Source: an uncultured Acidobacteriota bacterium (GTDB lineage: Bacteria > Acidobacteriota > UBA6911). From it: DNA of 64,000 bases. Below are positions 20,335 to 32,598 of the stretch, piece by piece. Each line of letters opens with the position of its first letter. The first letter of the stretch is position 1. The stretch covers positions 160,001 to 224,000 of the forward strand of contig CAWHCF010000044.1 in the NCBI GenBank assembly GCA_963827655.1, in the 5' to 3' direction. The position numbers were made by a program, and so were the translations under genes. The notes below the pieces were generated by a model, which made no database searches, was not told the origin of the DNA, and was given only the letters and a program-made list of their open reading frames with translations.

Positions 20335-21885
20335 GTGCAGGTTGATGACAATGATTGCTTTGTACGCACTTTGCACACGCAAGCGGGCAGAACGATCGTG
20401 AGGCATACGGTGGGCGGAGTGTTGGTACTCTTTGGTCTGATAAGTATTCTACTCCTGATTCAACAGATCTCTTATCTGTTCCTGCTCGATGAGGTGGGTT
20501 ACGGGGACAGCTACATTCTGTATGACGTCCTGAGCTTCCAGAAGACCGGTGTCATCTATCGGGACCTCTCGCAGGAACCGTATCTGCCGGCACAGTACAG
20601 CCCGATGACGTACCTGACCCTTGCTCTTCCCGGCCGGACTACCACTCCGGAGAACCCATTTCTAGGACCGCGCCTGGTGGTGCTGACGGCGTTTCTGCTT
20701 TGCATCGCAATCGTAATCTCTACCGTCCGGACGCTCATTCCAGCGCGGCTTGCGTGGATCTGGGGCGCCCTATTGGCGTGCGCTGTAAGCAGCATGTGGG
20801 AGTGGGTTCTCCAGATCCGCGGCGATTTTCCGGGAATTTGTTTCAGTTTGCTAGCAATTCGTCTGTTGCTATCACGGTCCCGGTGGGCGGTGGCTCTCGC
20901 TGGAATCTCCGCCGGCTTGGCAACCCAGTTCAAGATAACGTTTGTTGCGGCGCTTGCAACCGGAGTCTTGTGGCTGCTGATCCAGCGGAGGTGGACGGAC
21001 CTGGCTCGCTTTGCGGTCCTGGGCACAATGTGTTCCGCGGGTCTGTATCTTCTCTACTCAGTCCGCGAACCCCGCATGCTCTCGCAGATGCTGGCGCTGA
21101 GCCCTGGCGTTCTGGACGTTCACGGCGGGCTGCGATTGATATATCAGGCCGCTAACGAACCGGTCGTCCTGCTATCCCTGCTGGGCTTGCCACGGGTTAA
21201 GTTCGACAAGTGGCCGCGCTGGGCTCTGGTACTCGTTTTTGCCACGACGTCCTTCGTATTTGCCGGGATCGCCGATCTTCAAGCGGGTGGCAATATCAAT
21301 TACTTTTTCGAAGGGCTTTTCGCCCTGATTCCGGTAGCGGTTCTTGGCATCCTACGCATGACGGCCCTGGCACGTCAACGGGTGACGGTGGGGCTCTTCG
21401 TGGCAGCTCTATTTGCCGTTCACTTCCTGGTGCCCAGAGCGAAGGAACTCCGCAATCAGCTCGTGAACCCTCCTGTCTCGGTGGAGTCCCGAAATGAAGC
21501 ATTTCGCATGATCGAGCGCGCCCTGAGCGGACAGCGGATCCTCTCGACTGTTCCGCGCCTCGCACTCATTGACCCGAGACCCCCACTAACGGAACCGTAC
21601 CTCCTCGCATACCAGCAGCGCCTCGGAAAGTTTGATCCACAACCTATTCTAGAAAGGATCCGACAAAGCGAATTCGACGTTGTTATCACCTCCGCACGCC
21701 CCCAAAGTTGGCGGGGAATAGATCTCATTGGACCCGACCTTCGCAATGCGATAGTGGCCTCGTACAGACCTCAATGCATCCTGCTCGAATCCCTAGTTCA
21801 TTTGCCCCGCAACCCACACTCTGTCGGCAGCCCTTTGGCCCTGGACCTGGCAAACGTCGGCTGTGCGCCAATTCCACGGGACTAA
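20335..21885 (+). CDS. Multi-pass membrane protein, GT-C-like
   Basis: About 10 hydrophobic segments; YGD, YSPMTY, RGD and K motifs in loops; soluble C-terminal domain. Confidence 0.65.
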   Translation: MQVDDNDCFVRTLHTQAGRTIVRHTVGGVLVLFGLISILLLIQQISYLFLLDEVGYGDSYILYDVLSFQKTGVIYRDLSQEPYLPAQYSPMTYLTLALPGRTTTPENPFLGPRLVVLTAFLLCIAIVISTVRTLIPARLAWIWGALLACAVSSMWEWVLQIRGDFPGICFSLLAIRLLLSRSRWAVALAGISAGLATQFKITFVAALATGVLWLLIQRRWTDLARFAVLGTMCSAGLYLLYSVREPRMLSQMLALSPGVLDVHGGLRLIYQAANEPVVLLSLLGLPRVKFDKWPRWALVLVFATTSFVFAGIADLQAGGNINYFFEGLFALIPVAVLGILRMTALARQRVTVGLFVAALFAVHFLVPRAKELRNQLVNPPVSVESRNEAFRMIERALSGQRILSTVPRLALIDPRPPLTEPYLLAYQQRLGKFDPQPILERIRQSEFDVVITSARPQSWRGIDLIGPDLRNAIVASYRPQCILLESLVHLPRNPHSVGSPLALDLANVGCAPIPRD

Positions 21886-22056
21886 GAGGCTCGGGCAGAA
21901 ACAACTTCACATTCTGGCGTCAGAGTAAGTGGGCTATTAGCTGCGCAGTTAGGCACCCTCCGGACCGCGCCCCTTCGGACTGGCAAAAACTCGCTCCGGG
22001 GGTTTTTCGTCGCAAACTCATAGGGGTCCAGGAAATGGGCCGGCGCGACTCTCCCC

Positions 22057-23775
22057 CTATCTCGACAAGATATACGCATAATAGTCTGTATTCCCGATTC
22101 TTTCCCAGCCACTTGTAGACGCGGAATCAGGTACCTTTGTCGTCACAATGGCTTTTGCCCCAGCTCCCGCAAACGTTTTGATAACTTCGGACTTAACCAT
22201 CTGGTCCGCCGCCCAAAAGTCATCCACGTCTCCCTCAGGTATCTCGGCAACGATTCGAACCCGCGCCAATCGGGCCCAGTAGGGGTCAAAGGGGTCTCCC
22301 ATAAATGCCACACTATCTCCCGGTTGAACTCCCATTCGGTTCAAGCCGTCAGCAGCCTGCCATTGTACATGAGCATCTTGCTTCCTCACCAGGTCGCGAG
22401 CCGCAGCGTAAGCCTTTTCCGCCGTCGATGTGCTGATTAGAATGATCATCACCAATAGCAAGGCAATGCTCACACACGCCGTAAGTCTTCTCGATTCGCG
22501 GGAGTCCGGCAGGCGCAGACCGGAAAAGACTCCCATCCACAAGAGAACAACAAATGGGCCAATGTATCTCAGTTCTACGTGCACCAGTGAATACATACCC
22601 AATGCTGAAATTGCCGGGATAAGCAGACTCCAGTTTTCCCATATATCCTTCACGCACAACCATCGTCTGCCACCCATAAAACAAAGGATCAGAAAGCCAA
22701 CAATCAATCCACTCTGGAGATGGTAGAATACATTGAAGTAAACTTTGGCGTTCGTTACCAAGGCTCTTATCTGCTCGCCCAGGTCAAAGTGGAGTACAAC
22801 ACCTTCATACCAATAAGATGGATCGTACCATGCCGGATATGTGCCCCCAATCGGGCTTCCGAATTCGTAGATCTCAGGCATATCGAAAAGCCTTCTCGTC
22901 GGATGGCTGGGTCTGCCGCTGCCAGACGGTTCACCTTGCCAATGAACGAACCTCGTGACTCCATTGACATGCCATGCGTAATTCAATTCTGCGCTGGCGC
23001 CGAACGTCAAGCGATTTTTGGCTCTGGAAAGTGCAGCGATAAATGGGCCTCCTAACAAGAGAAATGTGGCCAATGCAACTAACACACGCGGCACTGCTCT
23101 TCTGAGCTTGGCGACCGAGAACATGCTGACCCCTAGAAAGACGAACGCCAGCGGCAGCATAGCCGCCTTCGCCAGATAACTGAATCCAAGAATCACACCC
23201 AGAAGGACAAATGTTAGCCAACTCGCGGATCCCGTGCGGATACGTAGTGTGATGCCAGCAGCCAAATAAACAAATGCCGCAACACACATGTCAGGGGTTA
23301 CTACCCAGATGGTTATCAAATCCAGCGAAGACCAAATGAACAGGGTATACCCGAGCCCCATCAAAGCCCATTCGGACAAACTCAGGCATCCATTTTGGGA
23401 CAACCCGGTCATCCGCCTCCTATGGTAATGAATTAGTCCGCGCAAGAAGAAATGAAAACAGCCTAACGCGCACAAGTAAATGGCGAAGTTTACAAGATGA
23501 ACGATGGAGAATTCCCAATATGGCAAGGGTTTTAGGACAAGAATGGCCAGACCTAATAGCCAGGAATAGAATGGACTCCAATAGCTATTAATGGCCATGT
23601 TCCAGTCACCCCGCAAATACGCATCCCCCATATCGAGATACATGATCCCATCCGGATTCATGGTATGACGGTCAGTCCAGGCATGAAGAAGACCCAGCAT
23701 CACAGCTACAAGCCATAAGATTAAGATAACTATCGACGGCAAGGGTCGATAGCTTCTATCAAGTGGATGCCACAC
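22057..23775 (-). CDS. Multi-pass membrane protein, GT-C-like
   Basis: NPDGIMYLD, YWSPFYS, TPD, YLAK and RY motifs; many TMs. Confidence 0.68.
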   Translation of the reverse strand: MWHPLDRSYRPLPSIVILILWLVAVMLGLLHAWTDRHTMNPDGIMYLDMGDAYLRGDWNMAINSYWSPFYSWLLGLAILVLKPLPYWEFSIVHLVNFAIYLCALGCFHFFLRGLIHYHRRRMTGLSQNGCLSLSEWALMGLGYTLFIWSSLDLITIWVVTPDMCVAAFVYLAAGITLRIRTGSASWLTFVLLGVILGFSYLAKAAMLPLAFVFLGVSMFSVAKLRRAVPRVLVALATFLLLGGPFIAALSRAKNRLTFGASAELNYAWHVNGVTRFVHWQGEPSGSGRPSHPTRRLFDMPEIYEFGSPIGGTYPAWYDPSYWYEGVVLHFDLGEQIRALVTNAKVYFNVFYHLQSGLIVGFLILCFMGGRRWLCVKDIWENWSLLIPAISALGMYSLVHVELRYIGPFVVLLWMGVFSGLRLPDSRESRRLTACVSIALLLVMIILISTSTAEKAYAAARDLVRKQDAHVQWQAADGLNRMGVQPGDSVAFMGDPFDPYWARLARVRIVAEIPEGDVDDFWAADQMVKSEVIKTFAGAGAKAIVTTKVPDSASTSGWERIGNTDYYAYILSR

Positions 23776-24116
23776 AGTCGTTTTCTCTCGGCTGGCTAGA
23801 ATCTAAGCTGTTAGGCGAATATTTCCAGATGGATCGTTTGAGAAGAGCCCTGAAAAACGTAGGCGCTGAGTTTCAATCCAATATCTTGTTCAAGTCTAAT
23901 TACCTATTCTTCTGTTTTTACGATGGCGCCGACCACGACAGAAAAGCGTGAGAAAGACTTAGCTCCGGCTTCAATTAAAGCACCAAACATCTTGTCAGAC
24001 CGTGCCAGCTCGAGCACCAGGTCCGAAATTTCTCTAGCAGCCCTTCATTTAAAGGGTCGCAGGCGCCCAGCGGTCACCATTCTGGAAAACATGGTGATCG
24101 CATCATCAAATGAACT

Positions 24117-24797
24117 CTAGTTCTTTTTCACACCCACCGCCAACGCCGAAATTCCGATGCCGGGTAAAGAAAACGGAATGGCACGGAACAGAGGTAGCCA
24201 AGCCACCGGCATGCGGTTCGGAAAAACGCAGCCTACGGTCGCGGTATGCAGGGTTTGCAAGCCCGCGGAACTTGCCAGTTCCTGCACTGCGCGCCTTGAG
24301 AATTGCAACGTTCCCCGTTCCGAGGGTACCAGAAGACCGAACAAAAACTGTGCGGGATTATATCGGTTCGGTTCAAACAAAATCACATAACGTCGACTGA
24401 CGCGTACAAACTCCTGAACTGCAGAAAGCGGGCGTTCGATATGGTGCAGAATTTCCCATGCGAACACGCAGTCAAACCTGTTGTCCTCAAAAGGCAACCG
24501 CTCCACGTGGGCTTGAACAAACTGCGCGGCGTCCTTGGGACAACGCGAAAGCATCGCAAAGGATCCGTCGATGCCCACACGCAAACGCGTGCGATCCTTG
24601 ACATAATTCATGGTGATGCCATAGCCGCACCCAACATCGAGAAAATCTTGGACCTTGCTCCAATCCACGAAGCGACTTAGATACTGCAAGCGCTGGCGTA
24701 CAAAAAACTCCATGACCGGATGGTCCCAAGGACGACCATGGGCGTGAACCTCCCAATACTGTTTTTGGTAAGTGTCACGGACGTTTTGATGACTCAT
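24117..24797 (-). CDS. Class I SAM-dependent methyltransferase (type 11)
   Basis: LDVGCGYG, LPFEDNRFD, LHHI, EFVRVSR..FEPN. Confidence 0.9.
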   Translation of the reverse strand: MSHQNVRDTYQKQYWEVHAHGRPWDHPVMEFFVRQRLQYLSRFVDWSKVQDFLDVGCGYGITMNYVKDRTRLRVGIDGSFAMLSRCPKDAAQFVQAHVERLPFEDNRFDCVFAWEILHHIERPLSAVQEFVRVSRRYVILFEPNRYNPAQFLFGLLVPSERGTLQFSRRAVQELASSAGLQTLHTATVGCVFPNRMPVAWLPLFRAIPFSLPGIGISALAVGVKKN

Positions 24798-25317
24798 CAG
24801 CCTCTATCAAGGCAAAGTGGCGCAATCTGTCCGTAATTTTGCTTCTAATTCGCGGTTTTGCACGTTAAGAAAAACGAAAGCACGACGTAAAAGGGAGGTG
24901 AACATAAGCCGCCTTTGGAATCCCAACTCCCGCCAAACTTCCGACGTAGTTCTATGTCGACTCCACTGGCTGTTCCGGATTCAAGTGGAGTTTACGCCGT
25001 GGCAAGGCCACAGCTGTGAAACTTCGTCGAAGTATCCGGCGCGCCGTCCTATCGCCACGGCGTTACAAAAAACTCCGGGTGCGATGCATTCTCTTCCTCT
25101 ACTGCTGGGGGCGATCAGCGGCGCCTCAACGGTCCAGGCCAAGACAAACCATCCTGGCCCCCGACTGCCACTCTATCTGCGTTTCGATAAAGGCACATAG
25201 TTAGGACAAGATGAGCCGAAGGCAAACGTCATGCGCAGATAGCGCTTCCTCGAAGAAGATGGAATCCAGCACGCCATGCATGCCCAGGCACAAATGATGC
25301 GCACGGCCCGTGACTCT

Positions 25318-27213
25318 TCACTGCGTGGTGCGGACGTTCGATGGTGCCCCGGATTTGCCTGCCTGCGACTGCAGGGCCCCGAGGTCCGGCTTCGACCCGG
25401 AGAAGTAACCCGCGGTCATGCCCGGCAAGGGGGCGTAGGTTACTCCGGCGATGGTAAAAGGTTTCGAGAGGTCAATGCCGGCGCTTCGGGCGTCGCTTCC
25501 TGAGGGCAGCGCAAAATCCGGCAGCGTCGCGTCGTTCCACATTTTCCTGTTCCAGGCAATAATATTGTTGCTGCCATACCATTTGCGATAACCCATGGAC
25601 GCTCCACCGAGCCAGTTATAGTCGAAAAGACCCATGTCTCTTTTGGCTTCCAAGGTGTTCTCTGTGTTATACACACAATCAGCTGAAATGATATTGTTTA
25701 CGATATACGTCTTCGGCATTCCATAACCCGGATTAAAATCGGCCATCAAGAATGCATCCCGTCCACCCGCGATGCTGTTATGGTAAAAGTATATTTCTGC
25801 CTCCGAATCCTTATTAATCCAGTTCCAGGCATTAAAGAACACGTGGTCGGCGATACCCGGAGGGTTGTGAAACCGATTTCGATAGATATCCAAGCGGCGA
25901 TAACCGTCCTGAAGATTGAACAGTCGCATGTTGTACTTGTTGTCATAAACTAAGTTGTCGTATATTACGGCACTTGCTCGATAGATCTCGAATCCCTGAC
26001 CTGAATGATTGTGAATCTTGTTGTTGTAGATCTTGTTTCCAGCTTGTCTCATCCCAGAGTCTGATCCCTACTATTCCCTCCCACATATGGTTTGAGTAGA
26101 CTTCGTTGTTATTTGCACGATCCCAAATCGTGATATTGTGATCGTCTTCCGATGGTGGCTCCGACGATAAACTTGTTTTCGTGATAGAGATGATACGTGA
26201 TCCAGCCCGCATAGCTATCTGCCCCAGCACCTGGTTGGAAATTACTTAAGCCGTTCATCTTCATTTCATTATTGCGAATGTGATTATAAGACGCCCCACC
26301 ATAGAGACAGACCCTCGCATTCCCATTGGTAAGATAGTTCTCTTCAATAATGTTATTCCTGGCGGAGGCTCCCGATATCAATACCGCATTCCTGGCAGCG
26401 CGAATCCAAAAACCCTTTATCTTGATGTTGCTCTTATCATGAATGTGCGACTCCCGCGCCGGCGGGAGAGGAATACTCAGTCTCTGGCCCAGGCGATGAT
26501 CGTATGTTCTTCGCAGCAGGATTATCGCCGTTGCGAAAACGGATGTAAGTAACACCGTTCCGATAACCAAAGAGCGCCTCCACTCCATCCCAGTAACTGA
26601 TATCGGGAGAACCCGAATAACGAACTATAGCGTTCGCTGGCCTGGCCAGGGCATCGAATCCGGTGCCCCGAGCATTCTCCACCACCTTTCCGTTCATGGA
26701 ATTTGTGTTGATCCGCCAGATCGTTTTATCATCGACGGTCATAGCATAAGGCTCATATCCAATGCTGGTGGTTTTGTATACTCCAGAACCTACCTCCGGA
26801 GCTAAAACCCATCCAGTCACGGGATTGCCTCCATCAATGATGGTTAGCCACTCTCCCTTAGTCCCTCGCTCTCCCTGGAACGTAATGGGCTGACTCGCCG
26901 TACCATTCACATTGATTTGAACTCGCTCGTAGTATGTACCAGCTTTAACCATGACGGTGTCGCCAGCAGCGGCGGCATTGGCAGCTTTCTGGACGGTACG
27001 CCAAGGCTGGGCCGACGTCCCTGGATTGCTGTCAGATCCGGACGGGGAGACATGGTAGGTCGCGGCGGCAGCATTTGAGTTGAATCTTGCGACGAGGACG
27101 ACCGTCATGACTATGATCAACCTTATCAAAAGCCGGGCCTGACCATAAGTCGCTCTGACGTAAGGAGTTAGCTGCAGTTGAACTCCATTGGGGGTATTCT
27201 CAGTCATGTGCAT
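25318..27213 (-). CDS. Secreted beta-helix protein, paralog 2 (frameshifts near 26440, 26150, 26040)
   Basis: Colinear with and closely similar to 13762-15661 at DNA and protein level. Confidence 0.85.
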
Positions 27214-27392
27214 TCTCCTGGAAGTCGGGCCGAATATAACACAAGAGGACGAGGCTAAGAGCAACAACCTTTCTTGCTTGTCCTTGCATTACTGATCCGC
27301 CCCACTACGGCGGACAAGGCTCAAGCCAGTGATGGTCGCGTCAATCCTGCGCACCAAACTGACAAGGACTGGCTGACCGCAAGAAACTCTAT

Positions 27393-29345
27393 CTATCTGT
27401 GCTGAAAAGCTCCAATATCTGGTCTGGAGCCAGAGAAATACGCCGGGCGTCATACCAGGCAAGGGATCATAGGTTCTTCCGTCAATCGTAAATGGCCTGG
27501 AGAGATCGATGCCGGCATTTCGGGAACTGCTGTCGGAGGGTAGCAGGAAGTCAGGCATGGTAGCGTCATTCCATTGCTTCTGGGGCCACGCAAGAATATT
27601 ATTACTACCGAACCAGCCCCGGAGACCTACAAATTCCCCGCCTACCCAGTTGTAGTCAAAGACCTGAACGTCTCGTTTCTCGGTAAGCGTGGTTTCCGAG
27701 TTATACGCATAAGGAGTGGAAAGAATGTTATTCAGAATATACGTTCTCCGCATGCCATAACCGCGGTTGAAACCAGCCATCAAGAATGCGTTTCGCCCGC
27801 CGGCGATACTGTTGTGGTAAAAGTAGATTTCGGCGTTTGAATCAACATAGGAGTTCGACCAGGCATTAAAGAAGATGTGATCTCCAAAACCTGGAGGATT
27901 GTAGAATCGATTTCCATAAATATGCAGGCGCCGCTGCCCATCCTGCACGCTAAAAAGCCGCATGCTGTACTTGTTGTCGTAGATCATGTTCCCGTAGATG
28001 TCGGCGTTTGCGTCCGGATAGAGCTCAAATGCCTGAGCCGAATGGTTGTGGATCTCATTGTAGGCGATCTTTGTTCCGGACGTGTCATACCAGAGGCTGA
28101 TTCCGGTGATGGCGTCATAGATATGGTTTGCATAAATCAGGTTGTTGTTGGCGCGGTTCCAGACCCTGATATTGTGATCATCCTCGGCTGTACGCCCGAC
28201 TAGAAACTTATTCTCGTAATAGAGATGATACGTGATCCAGCCGGCATAGCTGTCCGCCGCGGCGCCGGGCCGGAAAGTACTGGAACGATTCATCTTCAAT
28301 TCATTACTGCGAATGTGATTGCCCGAGGCGCCACCGTAAAGATAGATCCTGGTGTTCCCATTGGTCAGATAGTTCTCTTCAATGATGTTGTTCGTAGCAG
28401 CCGGATCCCGATATCAAAACCGCGTTTCGGGCGGCGCGGATCCAAAAACCCTTCACATATGATGAAACTCTTGTCTGAAATGAGCACGCCTGCGCCTTCA
28501 GGGCGATCACTTTCCTTTCTAGGTCCAGGAGAAGATCTTAGGTTCTTTCCATTGGGATCGTCGCCATTCCGAAAACGAATGTAGGTAACGCCATCGCGGT
28601 AACCGAACAACGCTTCCATACCATCCCAGTACTTTATGTCAGGGGAGTCCGGATAGTTCACAATGGCGTTCGCCGGCGTGGCAAGCGCCTCGAAACCCGT
28701 GCCCCGAGTCCCCTCAACAACAATCCCGTTCATAGAGTCGGTGTTGATGCGCCAGATCGTCGTGTCGTCAACGGTCATGGCCCATGGTTCGTATCCGATG
28801 CTGGTGGTCTTATAAACTCCAGCGCCCACTTCCGGCGCCGGCACCCATCCGCTGACGGGATCGCCGCCATCAATGATGCTCAACCACTCTCCACTCGGCC
28901 CTCTTTCTCCCTGGAACGTGATCGGCTGGCCAGGCGAACCATTCACGTTGATTTCAACCCGTTCGCGGTAGGTACCGGCTCTAACAATTACCGTATCGCC
29001 GGGCGCGAGCGAGTTCGCCGCCCTCTGAATGGTACGCCAGGGTTGATCGGAGCTGCCGAAACTATCATCAGAACCGGCTGGAGAGACGTAATATACATTT
29101 CCGTCGGCACTTACCTGCAAGTTCAGGCTAGTCAGGAGAAACAGGGTGGTCACTACCATCGAGACAAGCAACCGAGTTTGACCACCAGTCACCAATCGCT
29201 TGAAGGCTTTGGACAGTCCGCGACGAACCCCCGGGAAGGACCGAAGTCCGGATCTGTGGTGATTTTGTTCGCGCGGGGTCTCGGAAAAGCTCGTTCGCGT
29301 TTCGGGAGAAGGCCCCTCAGTTGAGTAGGCCTCACGGGTTACCAT
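27393..29345 (-). CDS. Secreted beta-helix protein, paralog 3 (frameshifts near 28400 and 27440)
   Basis: Same architecture (YYVSPAGSDD..PWRTIQRAA..PGDTVIVRAGTY); the corrected C-terminus is PDIGAFQHR* at 27393. Confidence 0.82.
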
Positions 29346-29846
29346 TCATGCGCTCCTTATAAAGCCGAGAAAAAGTATATAGCACAGACGAGTCGACGGA
29401 AAGGGTTCTGCAAATTTTTGTTGCCGGCAGGCTATCGTGCTTGTACCGTGTCCGTTGCGAAACTCTTCCTCCTTAGTCACTTAGTCTGAGCCTGAGGTCT
29501 GATGCGCCGCCAGAGAAAAAGGTTCAGTTATCGAGTCGATCGAAAGTCCCAGTTGCCTCGGGTCCCCTCCTTAACTCTAGACGCCTTCGGACACAAAAAT
29601 TAGGCATGCCGGTCTACGCCCTCTTCGGCAATTCGCTCTTCGGCGTTTTCGTCGCTCACTCCAACAAAGGAGTACGCAGCTAAAATGATGAAGATCTTGG
29701 GAGATCCCTGACGAGACATCGACAGAAGTCTTCGAAATCGGTAAAATCGGTGACAGGCCCTATCCCGAATTTGGTGAACGAGGGCGGTCAGCCTCAGGTA
29801 CCGGGCGAAATTAGGGAAGGGACGTTTGCTACCAGAGGTATCGCGA

Positions 29847-31068
29847 ATGAATCAGAACTCTTTCATTCCATTCAATCTTCCGTCTATCGGGGACGAGGAG
29901 ATCAACGAAGTAGTGGCCGCGCTGCGCTCGGGCTGGTTGACGACCGGACCCCGAACAGCTCAGTTTGAGGAGGAATTCCGGCGCTACGTCAGTTCTTCCT
30001 TTGCCCTGGCGGTGAATTCGGCAACGGCCGGGTTGCATCTCGCGCTGGCCGCCTCGGGAATCGGGCCCGGCGACGAAGTCATCACCACTCCCATCACCTT
30101 CTGCTCCACCGTGAATACGATCCTGCACGTGGGGGCAACCCCTGTTTTGGCAGATGTTGGAGCCGATGGCAATATCGATCCCGACTCGGTTGCTGAACGC
30201 ATCACGCCGCGCACACGCGCGATCGTTCCGGTACACATTGGCGGCTTGCCCTGCGATATGGCCGCCCTCTGGTCCCTGGCTAAACGCCACAGTCTGTTTG
30301 TCATCGAGGATGCCGCCCACGCCATTGGTTCGCGATATCGGGGCGCGGCTGATCGGGGCCGACGGTTCAGCCGACGACCCGGCGAGTGATGCCGTGGCGT
30401 TCAGTTTTTATGCCACAAAGAACCTGACCACGGGCGAAGGCGGGATGGTTACGACACGCCACGCCTGGCTGCAGGACGCCATGCGCATCCTCTGTCTGCA
30501 CGGCATCAGTAAAGACGCATGGAACCGCTATTCAGAGCAGGGAAACTGGTTTTACCAGGTCGTGCGCTGCGGCTTCAAATACAATCTCAGCGATATCCAG
30601 TCCGCTATCGGCATTCATCAGTTGCGAAAACAGGAAGCTTTCATCAGCACTCGCACGCAATATGCCAGGCTCTATAATCAAGCCCTTTCCGACGTTCCCG
30701 AACTCGAGCTCCCCCCCGATCACGAATCCTGCCGCCACTCGTGGCACCTTTATGCCCTGCGCCTGAACCTCGACCGGCTGACCATTGATCGCGAGGAGTT
30801 TATTCGTCAGCTCAGAAACAAGAACGTCGGAGCCAGCGTTCACTTCATACCCATACCGCTTCACCCCTATTTCGCTCCCTATGCCGATCTGCCTCAAAAC
30901 CGATGCCCTCGAGCGCTTGAATTGTACCCAAGGCTGGTATCGTTGCCGCTTTATCCAGCCATGAGCGAGGCGCAGGTGGAGTATGTAGCGACTACTGTCA
31001 AGGAGATTGTGCGGAGTGCCAGAAGAACGAAGGCGGCCCATCTCGCCACCAGATCCGACGATCCGTGA
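29847..31068 (+). CDS. DegT/DnrJ/EryC1/StrS PLP aminotransferase (frameshift near 30345)
   Basis: [53 protein letters not shown]. Confidence 0.92.
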
Positions 31069-31153
31069 ACTTTTTCTGCGGCTTTCTCCCAGGGCTCCAA
31101 GGTCTCCCCCTTCGATTTACATTTGGTAGAATCTGCTGTTAACATTCGGCGCC

Positions 31154-31807
31154 ATGGAAAAAGCGCGGGCTCGCCGCTCGAAGCATGAGCCCATCCAACC
31201 TCGGGGACATCGCACACGGAACAAGGTCCTGCTGGCGGCACGGAAGATTCTGGTGCTGAGAGGGTACCAGCCGGCCCGCGTCGAGGAAATCACCCGGGTG
31301 GCACAGGTCGGCTACGGGACGTTTTACAAGTACTTCCGGAACAAACAGGACGTCCTGGAAGCTGTGATGGAAGAAGTATACGCGCAGCTCACCCAGGCGG
31401 GGTTTCCCGACCGTGTGGAGGCCTCACACCTGGAAGACCAGATCCGAACCGGCATCACCAACTATCTGAGAGTGTACTGGAAAAACCGGCAGATCCTTCT
31501 GGCGCTCCAACCCGCGAGCCTGATGAGTCCTCGCATCCGTCGTTTCATTGGCGAAATGCGGGAAAGAGATGTCCAGTGGATGGTTCGTGAATTGAACAAT
31601 CTCAGCCTGCAGGGATGGAAGATCAAGGGCAATCCGGAGGTCCTGTCACTGGCGATGCTCCACACGGTCGATGGGGTGGCCCAGGACTGGATCACGCGCC
31701 GCCAGCACCTCCCGCTGGAGCGCGTGGCCGAGACGCTCTCTGAGATCTGGTTCAGGACCATTTTACCTTCCCGTCCAATGCGAGCGTCCCGGACACGAGG
31801 GAATTGA
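31154..31807 (+). CDS. TetR/AcrR-family regulator (probably leaderless)
   Basis: N-terminal HTH VEEIT..AQVGYGTFYKYFRNK; TGtTAACAT ends 8 nt before the ATG. Confidence 0.9.
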   Translation: MEKARARRSKHEPIQPRGHRTRNKVLLAARKILVLRGYQPARVEEITRVAQVGYGTFYKYFRNKQDVLEAVMEEVYAQLTQAGFPDRVEASHLEDQIRTGITNYLRVYWKNRQILLALQPASLMSPRIRRFIGEMRERDVQWMVRELNNLSLQGWKIKGNPEVLSLAMLHTVDGVAQDWITRRQHLPLERVAETLSEIWFRTILPSRPMRASRTRGN

Positions 31808-31842
31808 CCTGGCAAGCTGGCTGGGATATAGCGTGACGAGTT

Positions 31843-32169
31843 ATGGGTCAAGGTAAACTGACGCTTGAAGAACTCGAGCGATTTTTGCCGGAAAAGATGG
31901 CGAAGATCGATCTCTTTCAGAGCGCGCGATTGCTTGTGGGTCTCAACTGCCTTGAACCGGGTCAGTCCCAGCCGGCGCATTCACACGAAGGTGCGGACAA
32001 GTTCTACTTCGTTGTGCGCGGCCACGCGGAATTCACGGTCGGCGACTCAACCGTGCAGGCAAGGACCGGCGAACTGGTGCTCTGTCCCGCCGGGACGCCG
32101 CACGGGATCAAACGAGCGCTCGTCCGGACGACGATTCTCGTGGGGATTGCCCCGTGGCAGGCGAAGTAA
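31843..32169 (+). CDS. Cupin-domain protein
   Basis: PGQSQPAHSH...YFVVRG...PAGTPHG. Confidence 0.87.
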   Translation: MGQGKLTLEELERFLPEKMAKIDLFQSARLLVGLNCLEPGQSQPAHSHEGADKFYFVVRGHAEFTVGDSTVQARTGELVLCPAGTPHGIKRALVRTTILVGIAPWQAK

Positions 32170-32234
32170 GCGCTGCGAAACAACTACCGCCAGGACACGA
32201 AGAAACACCAAGAATTTTTCCAAATCAGCATCGT

Positions 32235-32598
32235 CTAACGGCTCTTCTCGACCAGTATGACCTGCCCGTCGCGGAGCTCCACAGGAAGGGGCTCGAGCGC
32301 CTCGCCATAACAAGGTCCCGAGAAACAGATTCCGCTTTCGGGAGAGTACACGGCGCCGTGGGTCTTGCAAATCAGGGCACGGTAGATCAATGGTAAAGAA
32401 GTCATTGTCCTCGAGGTCGAGCGTGAGCGCCATGTGGGCGCAGCGGTTCTTATAGGCGTAGTACCGGCCGGAAAACCTGATAAGAAAGGCTTCAATGGCG
32501 CGTCCTTCCTCGAGGATCCGAAACTTCAACGAAGTGCTGTCCGATAGCTCCTCTATCGGGCAAATCGGATCGCCCGGCTGAATCAATCGTAGCTCCAT
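32235..32598 (-). CDS. Rieske [2Fe-2S] ferredoxin-like protein (frameshift near 32385)
   Basis: NRCAHM and ICKTHGAVY...GPC in adjacent frames. Confidence 0.85.

Noticed and set aside
21985-22008. Bidirectional terminator between convergent membrane genes
   Set aside because: A/T tracts are present but the GC stem is too short and imperfect to call.
24817-25300. ORFs in the 24.8-25.3 kb gap (also 34.85-35.3 kb and 29.4-29.8 kb)
   Set aside because: No recognisable motif or RBS support; left unannotated.
13762-29345. Diversity-generating retroelement or assembly duplication behind the beta-helix repeats
   Set aside because: No reverse transcriptase; differences are spread gene-wide and are not adenine-specific.
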